NCBI RefSeq assembly: GCF_022045235.1
Contig: NW_027266268.1
Location: 12,400,001-12,464,000, forward strand
Source: Haliotis cracherodii
Taxonomy: Eukaryota
Direction of reading: 5' to 3'
Length of the DNA: 64,000 nt
In this document: in pieces, positions 52,431 through 64,000 of the stretch
How the letters are laid out: each line of letters begins with the position of its first letter
Position numbering within the stretch: the stretch's first letter is position 1
The notes under the pieces: model-generated
What the model saw: the letters and a program-made list of their open reading frames with translations, nothing else
Database searches by the model: none
Told to the model about the DNA's origin: nothing
Made by a program: the position numbers and the translations under genes

Positions 52431-53719
52431 TTTGTTTTAAGTGCCTTGTACCATTGACCAAGATCCTCAATATTTCTGTTCTTGTTGGTGCACACACTTA
52501 GTCCTCTAGATTTAGAACGGCTGAACATCATGTTTCAGAATGATTTACCTAAGCATAGGTATCAGTTGTTGTCCAGTTGTATTATTAGCAAACTGTACTT
52601 ATGCTGAACTGATACATGATTTGAGTAACTGAAAATTTGAATTAATATATTCAAAGAGTGCATGTAACTTAACTGGAAATGTATTATTTATGTAACACAT
52701 GATGTTTGTACACAGAAGCTGTGTCAATGTAATAGCACTGACCGATACCATAGTATAATAAAACACATTGACATTGCTTAATCAACTTTACCTCAAAATC
52801 AGAAAAGATTTATTTTTTTTGCTCATATCCATATCCCAATCGAAGATCCGTATTCAATGTGTCTCACTATATATATTACTGTTATTTATGTGTGTGGTAA
52901 CAGGAAATCTAATCAAAATATACCATAATCCATAAGAATAAAGTGATGGAAACAAATCATTTTATCATGTTAACCAATTATGTCAAATCATTTTAATTTT
53001 ATTCATAGGAATGTTGGCTGTTCATGGCTATCATGTGATTTATGAGTGATTAATTATTGATAACAGGTTATAGTTATGACCTTATCAATTGCAGATGGTG
53101 AGAAGACCTTCCAGATGAAGAGATAATTCATCAATTTTGGGAGTGAATGATTCAAGGAATATATGTGTTAATTATCGAAGAAGTGGATTCAAGGATTGAT
53201 GATTGAACAAGTGATAAACAGGATATGTGAATGATTGACAGGATTGATATGTGAATCATATTCAAGAGGTGGACCAATATCTGCTTTTTGATACTTTGTC
53301 ATCACCAGAAACTTTCATGGTATTTGGATTAAGCTAAGAAATATCAGTGAACCATCGTTTTATTCAGAAGCCATTTTGAGTGGATTTATACAAATTGAAG
53401 TAGAGTCATGTATAAACTGTAATATGCAAACCTGAAGAATTCATTTTGTGGGAATAATTCATCCTATTTATAATGTTTCAGTTGTGAGTTTACATAATTA
53501 TTTCTCACATCTGTTACGTTGGACAGCACAGAAACACAGACCATGAAGCTGTTGCCTTGGGCTCAGAAACTAATTGCTGTTGTCTGACATTTGAAAGTGT
53601 CAGATTAATTTGTCAATTAGTAAAGCTGTGTTCTGTTGAAACCGAGGATGCTCTGCACATATTTCTCCCTTCACTGAGGTGACGGGTTTATTTCCCACCG
53701 GAGCGGACAGAGCTTCGTG

Positions 53720-54670
53720 ATGTCTGAAGCAGTGTTCACCTTCGAGACTTTTGTGACAATATTCCTCACTCTTGCCATCATCTGCCTCAACTGTTTGATC
53801 CTGATGGTAGCATGCTGGACCGAGTCATTTAGAAATGTCAACAAGTGCTTCTTGTACTCCCTCATCCTCAGCGACCTCTTCCTTGGATTGTTTGTCACTC
53901 CGTTTGCAATATTCAACTCCTTGTACAAAGAGTGGGTTTTTCAGAATGACATCTTCTGTTGCATCGAAGCGTACCTTGTGGCCATCTTCCTCATCGCCGG
54001 ACTCTACTCAATGGCTTGGATTAATGTCGATCACTATGTCGCCGTGCGGAAACCCGAACGTTACGACATCATGATGTCAACACCACGCTCCTTGTGTTGG
54101 ATCGGATTTGCATGGGTGGCAGCATTCTGCTTCAGTTGTCCTCCATTGTTTTCTCTCAAGAAGGCCAAGTATTATGCCGAAGCCTTTGTTTGCATTGTCG
54201 ATGCCAAAAACCAGCAAGCATACTTCATAACTGCTGGCCTATTAGTAACCGGCCCTGCTGTCATAACACTTATTGTAACAAATGCATATCTTTTTACCAA
54301 AGCCTTCAAGGGCAATATCCACTTATATGAGAGAGTGTTCCGAGATAGGAAAACGCGGCCATGGAACTATCATATCAACTTTGTAATTTCTCTTGTGTAT
54401 TCTTTTTGCTGGTTGCCGTTTTGCATCCTTCGTCTTTATGAAGTGAGTACTAACTACGCTGGCTTGTCCCCTGGTCTCTTGCACTTCTATTTCCTCTGGC
54501 TGGGTTTCAGCAACGCGTTCCTCAAGTTCTTCATCTATCTGGTGATGAGTCAAGAATTCCGACAAGGAATCAATGAGATATTCTATGCCCACAGTTTGGA
54601 CTGTGCCTGTGTAGGATGCAAGACAACCAATGATATGAACGTCAATTTTATTACCATAGCAGAGAAATAG
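53720..54670 (+). CDS. class A (rhodopsin-family) orphan GPCR, 316 aa, uninterrupted ORF, GPR21/GPR52-like
   Basis: Seven hydrophobic segments; TM2 SLILSDLFLG, ECL1 EWVF..C3.25, TM3 end VDHYVAVRKPERY, TM4 Trp, ECL2 Cys, TM6 FCWLPF, TM7 SNAFLKFFIY, helix 8 SQEFRQGI, C-tail Cys cluster. First ATG is at 53720 (the track starts at GTG 53717); in-frame TGA upstream at 53675. The subfamily call is from remembered motif similarity only. Confidence 0.93.
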   Translation: MSEAVFTFETFVTIFLTLAIICLNCLILMVACWTESFRNVNKCFLYSLILSDLFLGLFVTPFAIFNSLYKEWVFQNDIFCCIEAYLVAIFLIAGLYSMAWINVDHYVAVRKPERYDIMMSTPRSLCWIGFAWVAAFCFSCPPLFSLKKAKYYAEAFVCIVDAKNQQAYFITAGLLVTGPAVITLIVTNAYLFTKAFKGNIHLYERVFRDRKTRPWNYHINFVISLVYSFCWLPFCILRLYEVSTNYAGLSPGLLHFYFLWLGFSNAFLKFFIYLVMSQEFRQGINEIFYAHSLDCACVGCKTTNDMNVNFITIAEK

Positions 54671-55246
54671 ATCCTGTTGATTGATTTGCTGAAAGTTTTA
54701 TGTGATAATGCCCTAAACGGAATCAAGGGTCTGGACTCCAAAAGAGGAGAACATTGATTTAGGATTTTGTGGTTTTGTTTCCTGAGAACATGTGTCTGTT
54801 CTCAATATGGTATGAGGTGTACAGTTTTCAAGAAACATGCCTGTTTTGTTTTATGGTGTGAGGTGTACACTTTTCAAGAAACGTGTCTGTTCTGTACACT
54901 TTTAAAAAAATGTGTCTGTTCTGTGCAGGGTCTGAGGTAAACGGCTTCAAGATGATGTTAATGTGACTATACGTGAAACTAAGCACACCTTCGAATGTAT
55001 TGAGATGTATATTTAATCAAAATGACTGTGTGATCAAAATATCTGCAGTAAGACAAAGATAGCCAACAAGGGATGATGGTTGGCCACAGTGATAGAGATG
55101 TATGTGTTTTGTTATTTTTTTAAAGTTTGAAACAGTCGAGAAAGTGGAAATTTAGAATTTAAACAAAAATTATAGCATCCATGCTGTGCAGTTTGCAATA
55201 TAGAGGGGATGTGTTTATGGACATTTATTCTGCAAAAGCTCCCAAT

Positions 55247-55785
55247 CAACTTCACAACAAGCAAGATGAACTTCACAATAGCACTGTTGGAGACACAACA
55301 AGTAAGATGAACTTCACAATAACACTGTTGGAGACACAACAAGTAAGATGAACTTCACAATAGCTCTGTTGGAGACACAACAAGCAAGATGAACTTCACA
55401 ATAGCAATGTTGGAGACACAACAAGTAAGATGAACTTCACAATAGCAATGTTGGAGACACAACAAGTAAGATGAACTTCACAATAGCTCTGTTGGAGACA
55501 CAACAAGTAAGATGAACTTCATAATAGCTCTGTTGGAGACACAACAAGCAAGATGAACTTCACAATAGCACTGTTGGAGACACAACAAGTAAGATGAACT
55601 TCACAATAGCAATGTTGGAGACACAACAAGTAAGATGAACTTCATAATAGCTCTGTTGGAGACACAACAAGCAAGATGAACTTCACAATAGCTCTGTTGG
55701 AGACACAACAAGCAAGATGAACTTCACAATAGCTCTGTTGGAGACACAACAAGCAAGATGAACTTCACAATAGCTCTGTTGGAGA
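55247..55785. repeat. 41-bp minisatellite, about 13 copies
   Basis: Unit GATGAACTTCACAATAGC(A/T)CTGTTGGAGACACAACAAG(T/C)AA. Confidence 0.95.
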
Positions 55786-55843
55786 GGCTGGCTGTACGGT
55801 GGAACAATGTGGGACAACAGTTGTGTTGACAGTAATATATCTA

Positions 55844-56136
55844 CCGTATTCGCCATATTAAGCACCTTGCTCCAATAAGCTTCTGTAAGCAATCTTTATG
55901 GGGGGCCCTACAAAGACCCAAACTTTACAAGACAGTCAATATTTTCTTGTTTATTTTATGGATGCTTTTTACCGTAGACAGCAGTGAATTGTAACTTACA
56001 TGAAAGGTTTTAGTTTTATCACCGTTTGAACTAAGTCAATCTCTGAAAACAGATTTAACTCGTTGTGTATGGTTTTAAAAAGCTACCCCCTTGTCATTGT
56101 TCTAAGCACCCAAGGTGCTTATTATGACAAATATGG
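55844..56136. mobile_element. MITE with family E-like TIRs and a different interior
   Basis: TA-CCGTATTCGCCATATTAAGCACC ... GGTGCTTATTATGACAAATATGG-TA. Confidence 0.7.
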
Positions 56137-56418
56137 TACATTATTTCCTGATCCTGTCCTTTGATGACCTTCTAGTGACCTCACTGAAGCTGGGATAATC
56201 GGAAAATAAAATGTAGATAATTTATCACTTTGTAGTATTGATTAGTTGTCTTGGGGCAATATAAATGTTCAATACATTTGTGATGAATAACACTGCACAC
56301 ATTCTCTGAAAATAATTTGACGTGAAAATGTTTGTATGTGGATCAGGTAAAATATTGAAATGAGTCTATTTGGATGTGATAAAGAATTGATGCATTGCAA
56401 TCTGAATCTGGTCTAACA

Positions 56419-56548
56419 TTGATAAGTTGCAGCCTGAATCTCATCAACTATTGATAAGTTGCAGCCTGAATCTCATCAACTATTGATAAGTTGCATTTAG
56501 GATCTGTTCAATCATTGATAAGCCCCAGCCTGAATCTCATCAACTATT
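56419..56548. repeat. about 32-bp short tandem repeat
   Basis: TTGATAAGTTGCAGCCTGAATCTCATCAACTA, about 4 copies. Confidence 0.8.
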
Positions 56549-56554
56549 GTTCAA

Positions 56555-57068
56555 GTCAGTTCAATATGGGCCCAAGCTGACCTCCTCATTTCACACTATA
56601 AACCACACTACAGTCAGATTCAGTATGGGCCCAAGCTGGTCTCCTCATTTCACACAATTAACCACACTACAGTCAGATTCAGTATGGCCCAAGCTGACCT
56701 CCTCATTTCACACAATAAACCACACTACAGTCAGATTTAGTATGGGCCCAAGCTGGTCTCCTCATTTCACACAATTAACCACACTGCAGTCAGATTCAGT
56801 ATGGGCCCAAGCTGGCCTCCTCATTTCACACAATAAACCACACTACAGTCAGATTCAGTATGGGCCCAAGCTGGCCTCCTCATTTCACACAATAAACCAC
56901 ACTACAGTCAGATTCAGTATGGCCCAAGCTGACCTCCTCATTTCCCACTATAAACCACACTACAGTCAGATTCAGTATGGGCCCAAGCTGGCCTCCTCAT
57001 TTCACACAATAAACCACAATACAGCAAGGCGCTCAATACACTACAGTCATATTCAGGATGGGCCCAAG
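56555..57068. repeat. 59-bp minisatellite, about 8 copies
   Basis: Unit CAGTCAGATTCAGTATGGGCCCAAGCTGGCCTCCTCATTTCACACAATAAACCACACTA. Confidence 0.95.
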
Positions 57069-57379
57069 ACATATCAAACAAAATAACTTGTACTTGTTCT
57101 GATCCCCTTCAAGTCCTCACTACCATCAGACACCACACTGGTGGACTATATTCATCACATGAGTCTTTCAGGGAGAAACATAACTCCACATTATTGTATT
57201 GTTAGGTCTATAGAGGTTCAGATTTTATTCTTATAATCATTGTGATCAAATCACTTGAGTAATAAATATTGGTTATTTTCTGGTGAAACACCAGTAGATC
57301 ACAAGGGCAAAGGTATTCAGGTGATTACTGTATCGCTAATTTGTCCATGTTTTGTATAAAATAATGTGTACCATAACAG

Positions 57380-57533
57380 GAATTACATTGATCCCAATTG
57401 TGTGGATTGATGCTCATAATGTCAATCACTGGATTGTCTGGCCCAGACTCTATTATTTATACCGACGTCATATAGCTGGAATATTGCTGAGTGCGGCGTT
57501 ACAACAAACAAACAATCAAGCAAACAAACAAAC
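57380..57533 (+). mobile_element. SINE family D, 3' half
   Basis: ATCCCAATTG..CACTGGATTGTCTGG..CATATAGCTGGAATATTGCTGAGTGCGGCGTTA..(AAAC)n. Confidence 0.85.
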
Positions 57534-57807
57534 ATAACTGGAATGACAGGGATATACAAAGAATGCCAAGTATCTTATGATATCAAATATATCAACACAA
57601 GACGATAAAAGTTTTTTTTAATTTTAAAACGCCAAGGTTTGCCATGGAATTTTGAGATTTCTTTGATGAGAGTTGACATATTTGCTATTAAGGTCACAGA
57701 GGATGAGATTCTATTTATCATCCAAAATCATTCTTCCAACTTTGTAAACTGGGATAACCAGTGTCTGGAGTGTAAAAATTACAGCTAACCAGTTTTAATG
57801 GCAAAGA

Positions 57808-57974
57808 GGGGCGGTGGGGTTGCCTAGTGGTTAAAGCATTCACTCATTACACCCGGACCCGGGTTTGATTCCCCATGTGGGGGACAATGAGTAAGTCCAT
57901 TGCTGGTGTCCCATGCCGTGATATTGCTGGAATATTGCTAAAAGCGGCATCAAACTGTACTCACTCACTCACTC
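57808..57974 (+). mobile_element. SINE family B
   Basis: Full-length homology to 32167-32338; imperfect TSD AATGG.AAA. Confidence 0.9.
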
Positions 57975-58360
57975 AATGGGAAAAAGGTTGGTGATGTCAT
58001 TTGATTGTGACAGCATGGTAACAAATGACACCAAAATGATCTCAAAAGCATGGTGATGCAATTCACTGTAGCGATATGTCCTAGATGATATCATTTGACC
58101 TCACCAAGCGATATCTCCCATGGAAGCCAGGTTTGGATGATAAATAATTATGTCAATTAATCATTTATTGCAAATTACAAATACAAAGATGTCATGACCA
58201 AGTTTGTGGGCCCCTGTTCGCTCCAGAATGGGGGGTAAATATCACATTCAAGTGTGTAGTCACATGAAGGTAAGGTATACTCAAGGGTAAAAGTAACTGT
58301 GATCATGTTGTTATTGTATAGTTTAGTCTATTTTGAAAACCTGGTATATTCAAGTCTTCT

Positions 58361-58648
58361 GGGAGGGGGAAAGGGGACCCAGTCGTCTATTTAGGCACCA
58401 CAATTCACTGAGCACTTGCGTCCCTTGGACACACCAGAAACCTACGATCATGGGTTCGAATCCCGGTTCACCCGAATTATATTTAAAGGTTTGTGAGCAC
58501 CATACCCATGCTCATGTGTTTCTCCAAAGTGGTAAACGTCTGAGACCTGTGTCACTTTAGGCTTTCCGCCAGCATTAATTAAGTTTACACGCTGATATTA
58601 CTGGGACGCTGTTCACAACAGCATTAAGCCCAACTTACTCACTCACTT
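58361..58648 (+). mobile_element. SINE family C
   Basis: B box GGTTCGAATCC, GTGGTAAACGTCTGAGACCTG, (ACTC)n tail, TSD-like AAGTCTT.T. Confidence 0.85.
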
Positions 58649-58974
58649 AAGTCTTGTCATTCATTGATATTTGTAAATGTTCAGCTGTAACATAATGCTG
58701 TTAATGTTCTCCATAGCCAAGGTGTTATTGTGATCTTGTATGCTGAAGAACATGATTAAAGATGCTTGATGTTTGTGAATACTGCCCAAGAGTTTTTATT
58801 GTACCCCTGACCTTAATGGGGGGGGGTATATAGTTATTCCAAGGTATTCCGTCCATCCTTCCGTCCATCCTTCCTTCCAAGGATATTGTTTGGAGTGACC
58901 TGTAACTTGAAAACAACTCACTTTCTGCCTTATTTTGAACAGTTTTTCCTGCTGTATGTTCAGATCCCAAATAA

Positions 58975-59140
58975 AGTTTGTTTCTTCTTTAATGCCGAAC
59001 TCAGCAATATTCCAGCTATATGACGGCGGTCTGTAAATAATCGAGTCTGGACCAGACGATCCAGTGATTGACATCATTGACATCCACGCGATTGGGATCG
59101 ATGACATGCATCAACCAAGTCAGCAAGCCTGACCACCCAA
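58975..59140 (-). mobile_element. SINE family D, 5'-truncated
   Basis: CTCAGCAATATTCCAGCTATATGACGGCGGTCTGTAAATAATCGAGTCTGG... as in 43499-43766. Confidence 0.85.
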
Positions 59141-59627
59141 TAAAGCACTTGAGTTTCAGGTAACATGGCTCCACAGAAAAGGGTCAGTAGGTCTTATTGT
59201 TTTTTTTATTTAAGATCTTTTAATAATGGTTAACATTGATGGTTAGTTTAGAAATGAGGTTAGCTGAATGTTTCTCGAGCTTGTCGGCCAAGTAGCTGCA
59301 GCAATGATAATATGCAGAAGCATCCAAATTTTGCCCCGAATGTGTTTCTTGATGGCTGTCTCCTGCTGTGATGAAAACTATTAGGTCACAAGTAAAGCAG
59401 TGGGTAGGGATGGTCAGGTTACCTGAAACACCAGTCATTGGGGCCTTAAGTAGAACCCCCTGAGCTGAGCTTAACCAAGGATTCTGGTCCTACTCAGAAC
59501 CTTAACAGCACAGGTAACATCTTTAGAACTTATATCTCAAAGCAATGCACCCAAAGTTGAAAACATCGTTTAGATGATTTCAGTGAGTTTTTTGCGATAA
59601 TTTAACCACTACTTGATTCTGGGAGAC

Positions 59628-60413
59628 GGTATAAAAATGTTGTCACTTTAATTTCCTAAAACGCTCTTGAATTAAATGCTAGAAGTAAAGTTCAAACAAA
59701 AAACGGCTTGGTCAGGTGGTTCCAGTGCGCAGGTGCAGTTCAGGAGGTCCATTTGGGAGAGCTGTTTTTTCTGTTCTCTGGAAACACAGTTCAGGAACAT
59801 TCCACTAACTTTTGGAAAAGAGAGAGATAAGCAATTAGTATGAGTATAAGATACGAGTAGGAGGATAAGTATAAATGATATTTTACTCCAAAAGATTCAC
59901 TTTTGACATTCTTGCTCTTCTTATATCTTTCTGTCAGAAATGTAAACAAGAGTAAATTGGTACTAAAGAAATGTAAATGTGTAAATTGGTGCTGTCAGAA
60001 ATGTAAACAAGAGTAAATTGGTGCTGTCAGAAATGTAGATATGTAAGTTATTACTGTCAGAAATGTTAATGTGTAAGCTATTACTGTCAGAAATGTAGAA
60101 GAGTAAATTGGTGTGGGTATAAAAATGTCACTTTAATTTCCTAAAAAGCGCTTCAATAAAATGTTAGAAGTAAAGTTCAAACAAAAAACTGCTTGGTCAC
60201 GTGGTTCCAGTGCGCATGTGCAGTTCAGGAGGTCCATTTGGGAGAGCTGTTCGCTGGAAACACAGTTCAAGATATTTCCACTACCTTTCAGAAAAGAGAG
60301 AGATGAGCAATTAGTATGAGTATAAGATATGAGTATGAGGATAAGTATGAATGATATTTTACTCCAAAAAATACATTTTTCAAACATGACATTCTTGCTC
60401 TTCTTATATCTTT
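59628..60413. repeat. about 300-bp direct duplication flanking a short ~32-bp tandem array
   Basis: 59628-59930 is similar to 60116-60413; CTGTCAGAAATGTA.. units lie at 59931-60113. Confidence 0.9.
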
Positions 60414-62747
60414 AATTTTGCAAAACTCATCCACTCATCAATAAAACAAGAAAACAAATTGGTGTAGCCTGATAAATAATGCTGAAGTCTGATGCAGGAT
60501 GTGCAGACATTCAAGGACACTTGCACCAACTATATTACTTGCAAAAAAATACATTCACCGGTCAAGCATTAAGAAAACTCCATTATGCTTTCCTTTCTTC
60601 ATAGAAATATTGAAAGATGTATGTTAAATAGAAACATTTATTGCAATGAAATATAGTAGTATCAATATATTTGACAGAAAATGGAAGGCATTACCAGCCT
60701 ACTTAACATAATTTCTCAGTCAATCCAATATTTGTACATACCCATATCTGACCATGTTTTAAGATTCTATGAATTGCTACACTTATATACCCCAAACAAA
60801 CTTATACTTATATACCCCAGTGTTACATTTATGTCTACTGAATTGAAAAAAATATATTAAAAAAACAAAACAAACTATATTACTTGCCACCAACCAATGC
60901 TGGTCAGAAGAGGCGTCTAAATGGATCGGTGGCCATGTTCCGGTGTGACGAAGATGCATCATCAAGCATTTACTAGTCCCACTGCTCTTGAAATAGGATG
61001 TTTCTTGATATGTAGTCGAGGGCAAGTTATGCTCAGCTGGCAAGGCGATCTGGCGCAGGCAGGACAGAGACATGGTCTACATGGTCAGTCATGTGGTATA
61101 TTGTTTAAAGACAATAACAATAAAATTCCATGGTTCTGGTACAATGATGGCTTTTCTTTCTGACTATGCATGTATTCCTTCTGACTTTTATATGTTTGAG
61201 TAAAGATGAAGCTTCAGTCAACTTCAGTGTATATGCATGATCAGATTGTTTTATACTATTTCTAAATACTTTTTGCCAGGGTTCCGGTAAAACAGTTTAA
61301 CATTTACTACCCAGCTTGATACAGTGGGGAACCGGATAGGGTTGGGTAATAGTTGTTTGGGTACCCATGTAGTAAATTTGGACTACCAGCCCATGTGCAA
61401 ATTTTGGATTATGAATACTATTGGATGCAAAAGATACACCGACTGTGTACTAAGCAAAGCCAATTCAATTGAAACATGTACGTAAGATTTCTGGCATTTC
61501 TGTTCTAATAAGAAATACAATCTGTTTGGACAATCAATCAAGTAACAACTTCTCAAGGCAGTAGTTAACTTTTTTTTACGGGGGGCAAATAAGATTATTC
61601 ATTTTTTTATTCAAGTTAACTTTCACAAGGAAAAATGTTTTCTATAAAAAATCCAGGAGGGCAACCGCCTGGGTTCTATTCCCCTCATGGGTACATTATG
61701 GAAAGCCAGTGGTGATATTGCAGGAATATTGTGAAAAGTAGTGTAAAATCATTCTCGCTCAGTTACCCATCTCATACTTGGATCATCCTTGGATTACCTT
61801 CTTAATAACTCATATAAGAACCCCTAAAATCTATTACAAGATACATACATGAAGAGGCCTTGAACGTTAAGGTCCCTCTTGATAAGCCTTGATTTTTAGT
61901 GTCAACCTTGAAAAGCCAAAATGGCTTAAAAAGCTTTGAATTTGTACAACTTGACATATACTTGTTTATAAAAGTATTAAAATTCATGACAGACTTATTT
62001 TATTTTATTCGTTGGTTGTGAAAGTAAATCTTGAAAAATGTGTGATTTTCATGCTGCATGTTATGTCTAATGACTTAACAGAAAGCTTGATTTAAAAAAT
62101 ATATTGACAGTCTAAGGCAAATAATCCAACTAAAAAAGCCTTGAAAAGCCTTAGAAAGGCCTCAAATTTTAGTGTTTCATTTCTGTATGAACCATGAATC
62201 CCCACAAAACCACAAATATAGCCCAAGGTAAATGCCTGACTTGCCAAAGTTGTCTGTAATTGGCACACAGCATTCCTGCATCTTCACATAGCATCTACAT
62301 AAATGTGCAGGTGACAGGTGGTAATTGATCAGGCTGGGAAATAGTGTTATGGTCTCAGTGGGGAACAAATTGATATTCTGTTGGCATCCTTAAACTTGCT
62401 TGCTCTACAATGCTGACTCCAGTCACCAAGGATGCAGGTGGAATTATCTCAGCAGTTACTTGGGTTTAGTCAGGATGTACCCAGGATATCAATTAAACTG
62501 ATTCCGGACAGTTGTGGTTCCACATTTCAAATTTGAGGGACCATCCATTTCAGGGGTGGTCTTTCAGGTATTTTTAACCTGCATTTTTTATTACATAATG
62601 GAGAAATCATGAAATTCTGTGGGTTCTACTTCCCGAATCAAGAAATTCAAGTGATTTTTTCCGACTTAAACTATGTTATGGTTGACATATAATTTCTTTA
62701 TAATTTTGCATAATGACTTATAGTTGCGTCAGATTTGCTTTTGTATA

Positions 62748-63071
62748 TTTAGAATGGCCAGTGAATTCCTGTCTCTGAAACCACTTCAACAACATCAGCG
62801 CGACGTCACCATAAAGGTTTAACTGATAGGAAGGGACAATAATAAACTTACATCTATTTTAGTACTTTAGGTATCAAAATTATATTTTCTTACCCATGTG
62901 CGACCATATATTTGTTTAGAATGGCCAGTGAATTCCTTGCTCTGAAACCACTTCAACAACATCAGCGCGACCTCACTACAAAGGTTTAACTGATAGAAAG
63001 GGACAATAATAAACTTAACATTTATTTACTTTAGGTATCAAAATTATATTTTCCTACCAAAGTGCAACTAT
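62748..63071. repeat. about 167-bp tandem duplication
   Basis: TTTAGAATGGCCAGTGAATTCCT.. starts at 62748 and again at 62915. Confidence 0.9.
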
Positions 63072-64000
63072 GGAGCCGTGGTCTATTGGTAATAGTTTTC
63101 TGAAAAATCTGTGGGACTTATTGGTAATTGCATATGGGACTTATAGTTAATTGAATAAAAGGTACATGCATTTCTATTTTCTTAAACCGTTTATAACATG
63201 TCATATTTGTACTTTTGGGGAAAATATTCCTTACGGGTTTGAAAATATTTTAGGTCTCTTAACATGCTTAAAATTCCTAAAGATGTATGACTTGAGAACC
63301 TCCTTTGCATGAGAGCTGTGTTAATGGTGAAGCATCTTCTGATGGCGCCATTTACACATGCATGATATCATTTACTTCTTCAATTACCAGGAATATGTAG
63401 AGATGTTCCTCCTTGAAACTGACTGGGATATTCGTTTCCTAAGCCAATAGCTATGTCGGCTTTACAGCAGGGCAGAGGAATGTGATGGAAGTTAGGAGAC
63501 TTCCTTACCTTCAGAAGCCAGAGTACAGGAAACTTAACATACACATTTACTTGAGCTGAGCTGACTAATGGCTGGTTCCTGGTATAATGCATGGTGCAGT
63601 CAGTGACTTTGAGGCACGTTGTGTATCATTCCAGGACACCTCACGACTGAATGGAGACAAGGGTGACCTGGTTATCTAGGCCCCTGCTTTTTGCAGTGCA
63701 GAGTTCCATTGCTTTGTTGTGCCAGGATACACAGATCGTTGATTTGAAACCCTGATATGCAGATCATGCGACATAACTTTTACAGATTCAGAACAAAAAA
63801 TGATAAACATAAAAAAAAAATTACATACAGAAATTTATACATAGTTTTATTTATTTTTATTTGCCTAATGCTCTATTGTGTCTATTTTTTATAGGAAAAT
63901 AACATGATATAACTATAAAGAAAATATGTTTTTCTCTTGATATAAGAAAAGTAAACAAGATTATATTGTTAATGTCAGAAATGTAAACAAGATTATATTC

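Noticed and set aside
53950-54040. GPCR as an aminergic receptor
   Set aside because: Position 3.32 is Val, not the conserved Asp.
54480-54540. GPCR as an opsin because of a TM7 Lys and E3.28
   Set aside because: The Lys is at 7.49. The retinal-binding position 7.43 is Phe.
53671-54592. Antisense and alternative-frame ORFs overlapping the GPCR
   Set aside because: They are short shadow ORFs with no recognisable motifs.

Overview
This is AT-rich, repeat-dense eukaryotic genomic DNA with two assembly gaps. The SINE repertoire points to a mollusc, probably a gastropod such as abalone; that is an inference from memory of repeat families, not a search. Only one convincing protein-coding gene is present: an uninterrupted class A (rhodopsin-family) GPCR ORF at 53720-54670, resembling GPR21/GPR52-type orphans. 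Its activation motifs are altered (DRY->DHY, NPxxY->KFFIY, S3.39->G). The rest is non-coding. It holds at least four SINE families (labelled A-D here, several copies with 10-14 bp TSDs, with B, C and D sharing a 3' tail), TA-flanked Tc1/mariner/pogo-type MITEs, hAT-like MITEs, an L2/CR1-group LINE 3' end, long palindromic elements and about ten minisatellites. One palindrome carries a Penelope-type hammerhead core. Two minisatellites appear to have been amplified from SINE heads. The other ORFs in the track are repeat-derived or look spurious. I found no CRISPR array, operon or other multi-gene novel system. The best leads are the atypical GPCR and the modular SINE/minisatellite/ribozyme-remnant structures.
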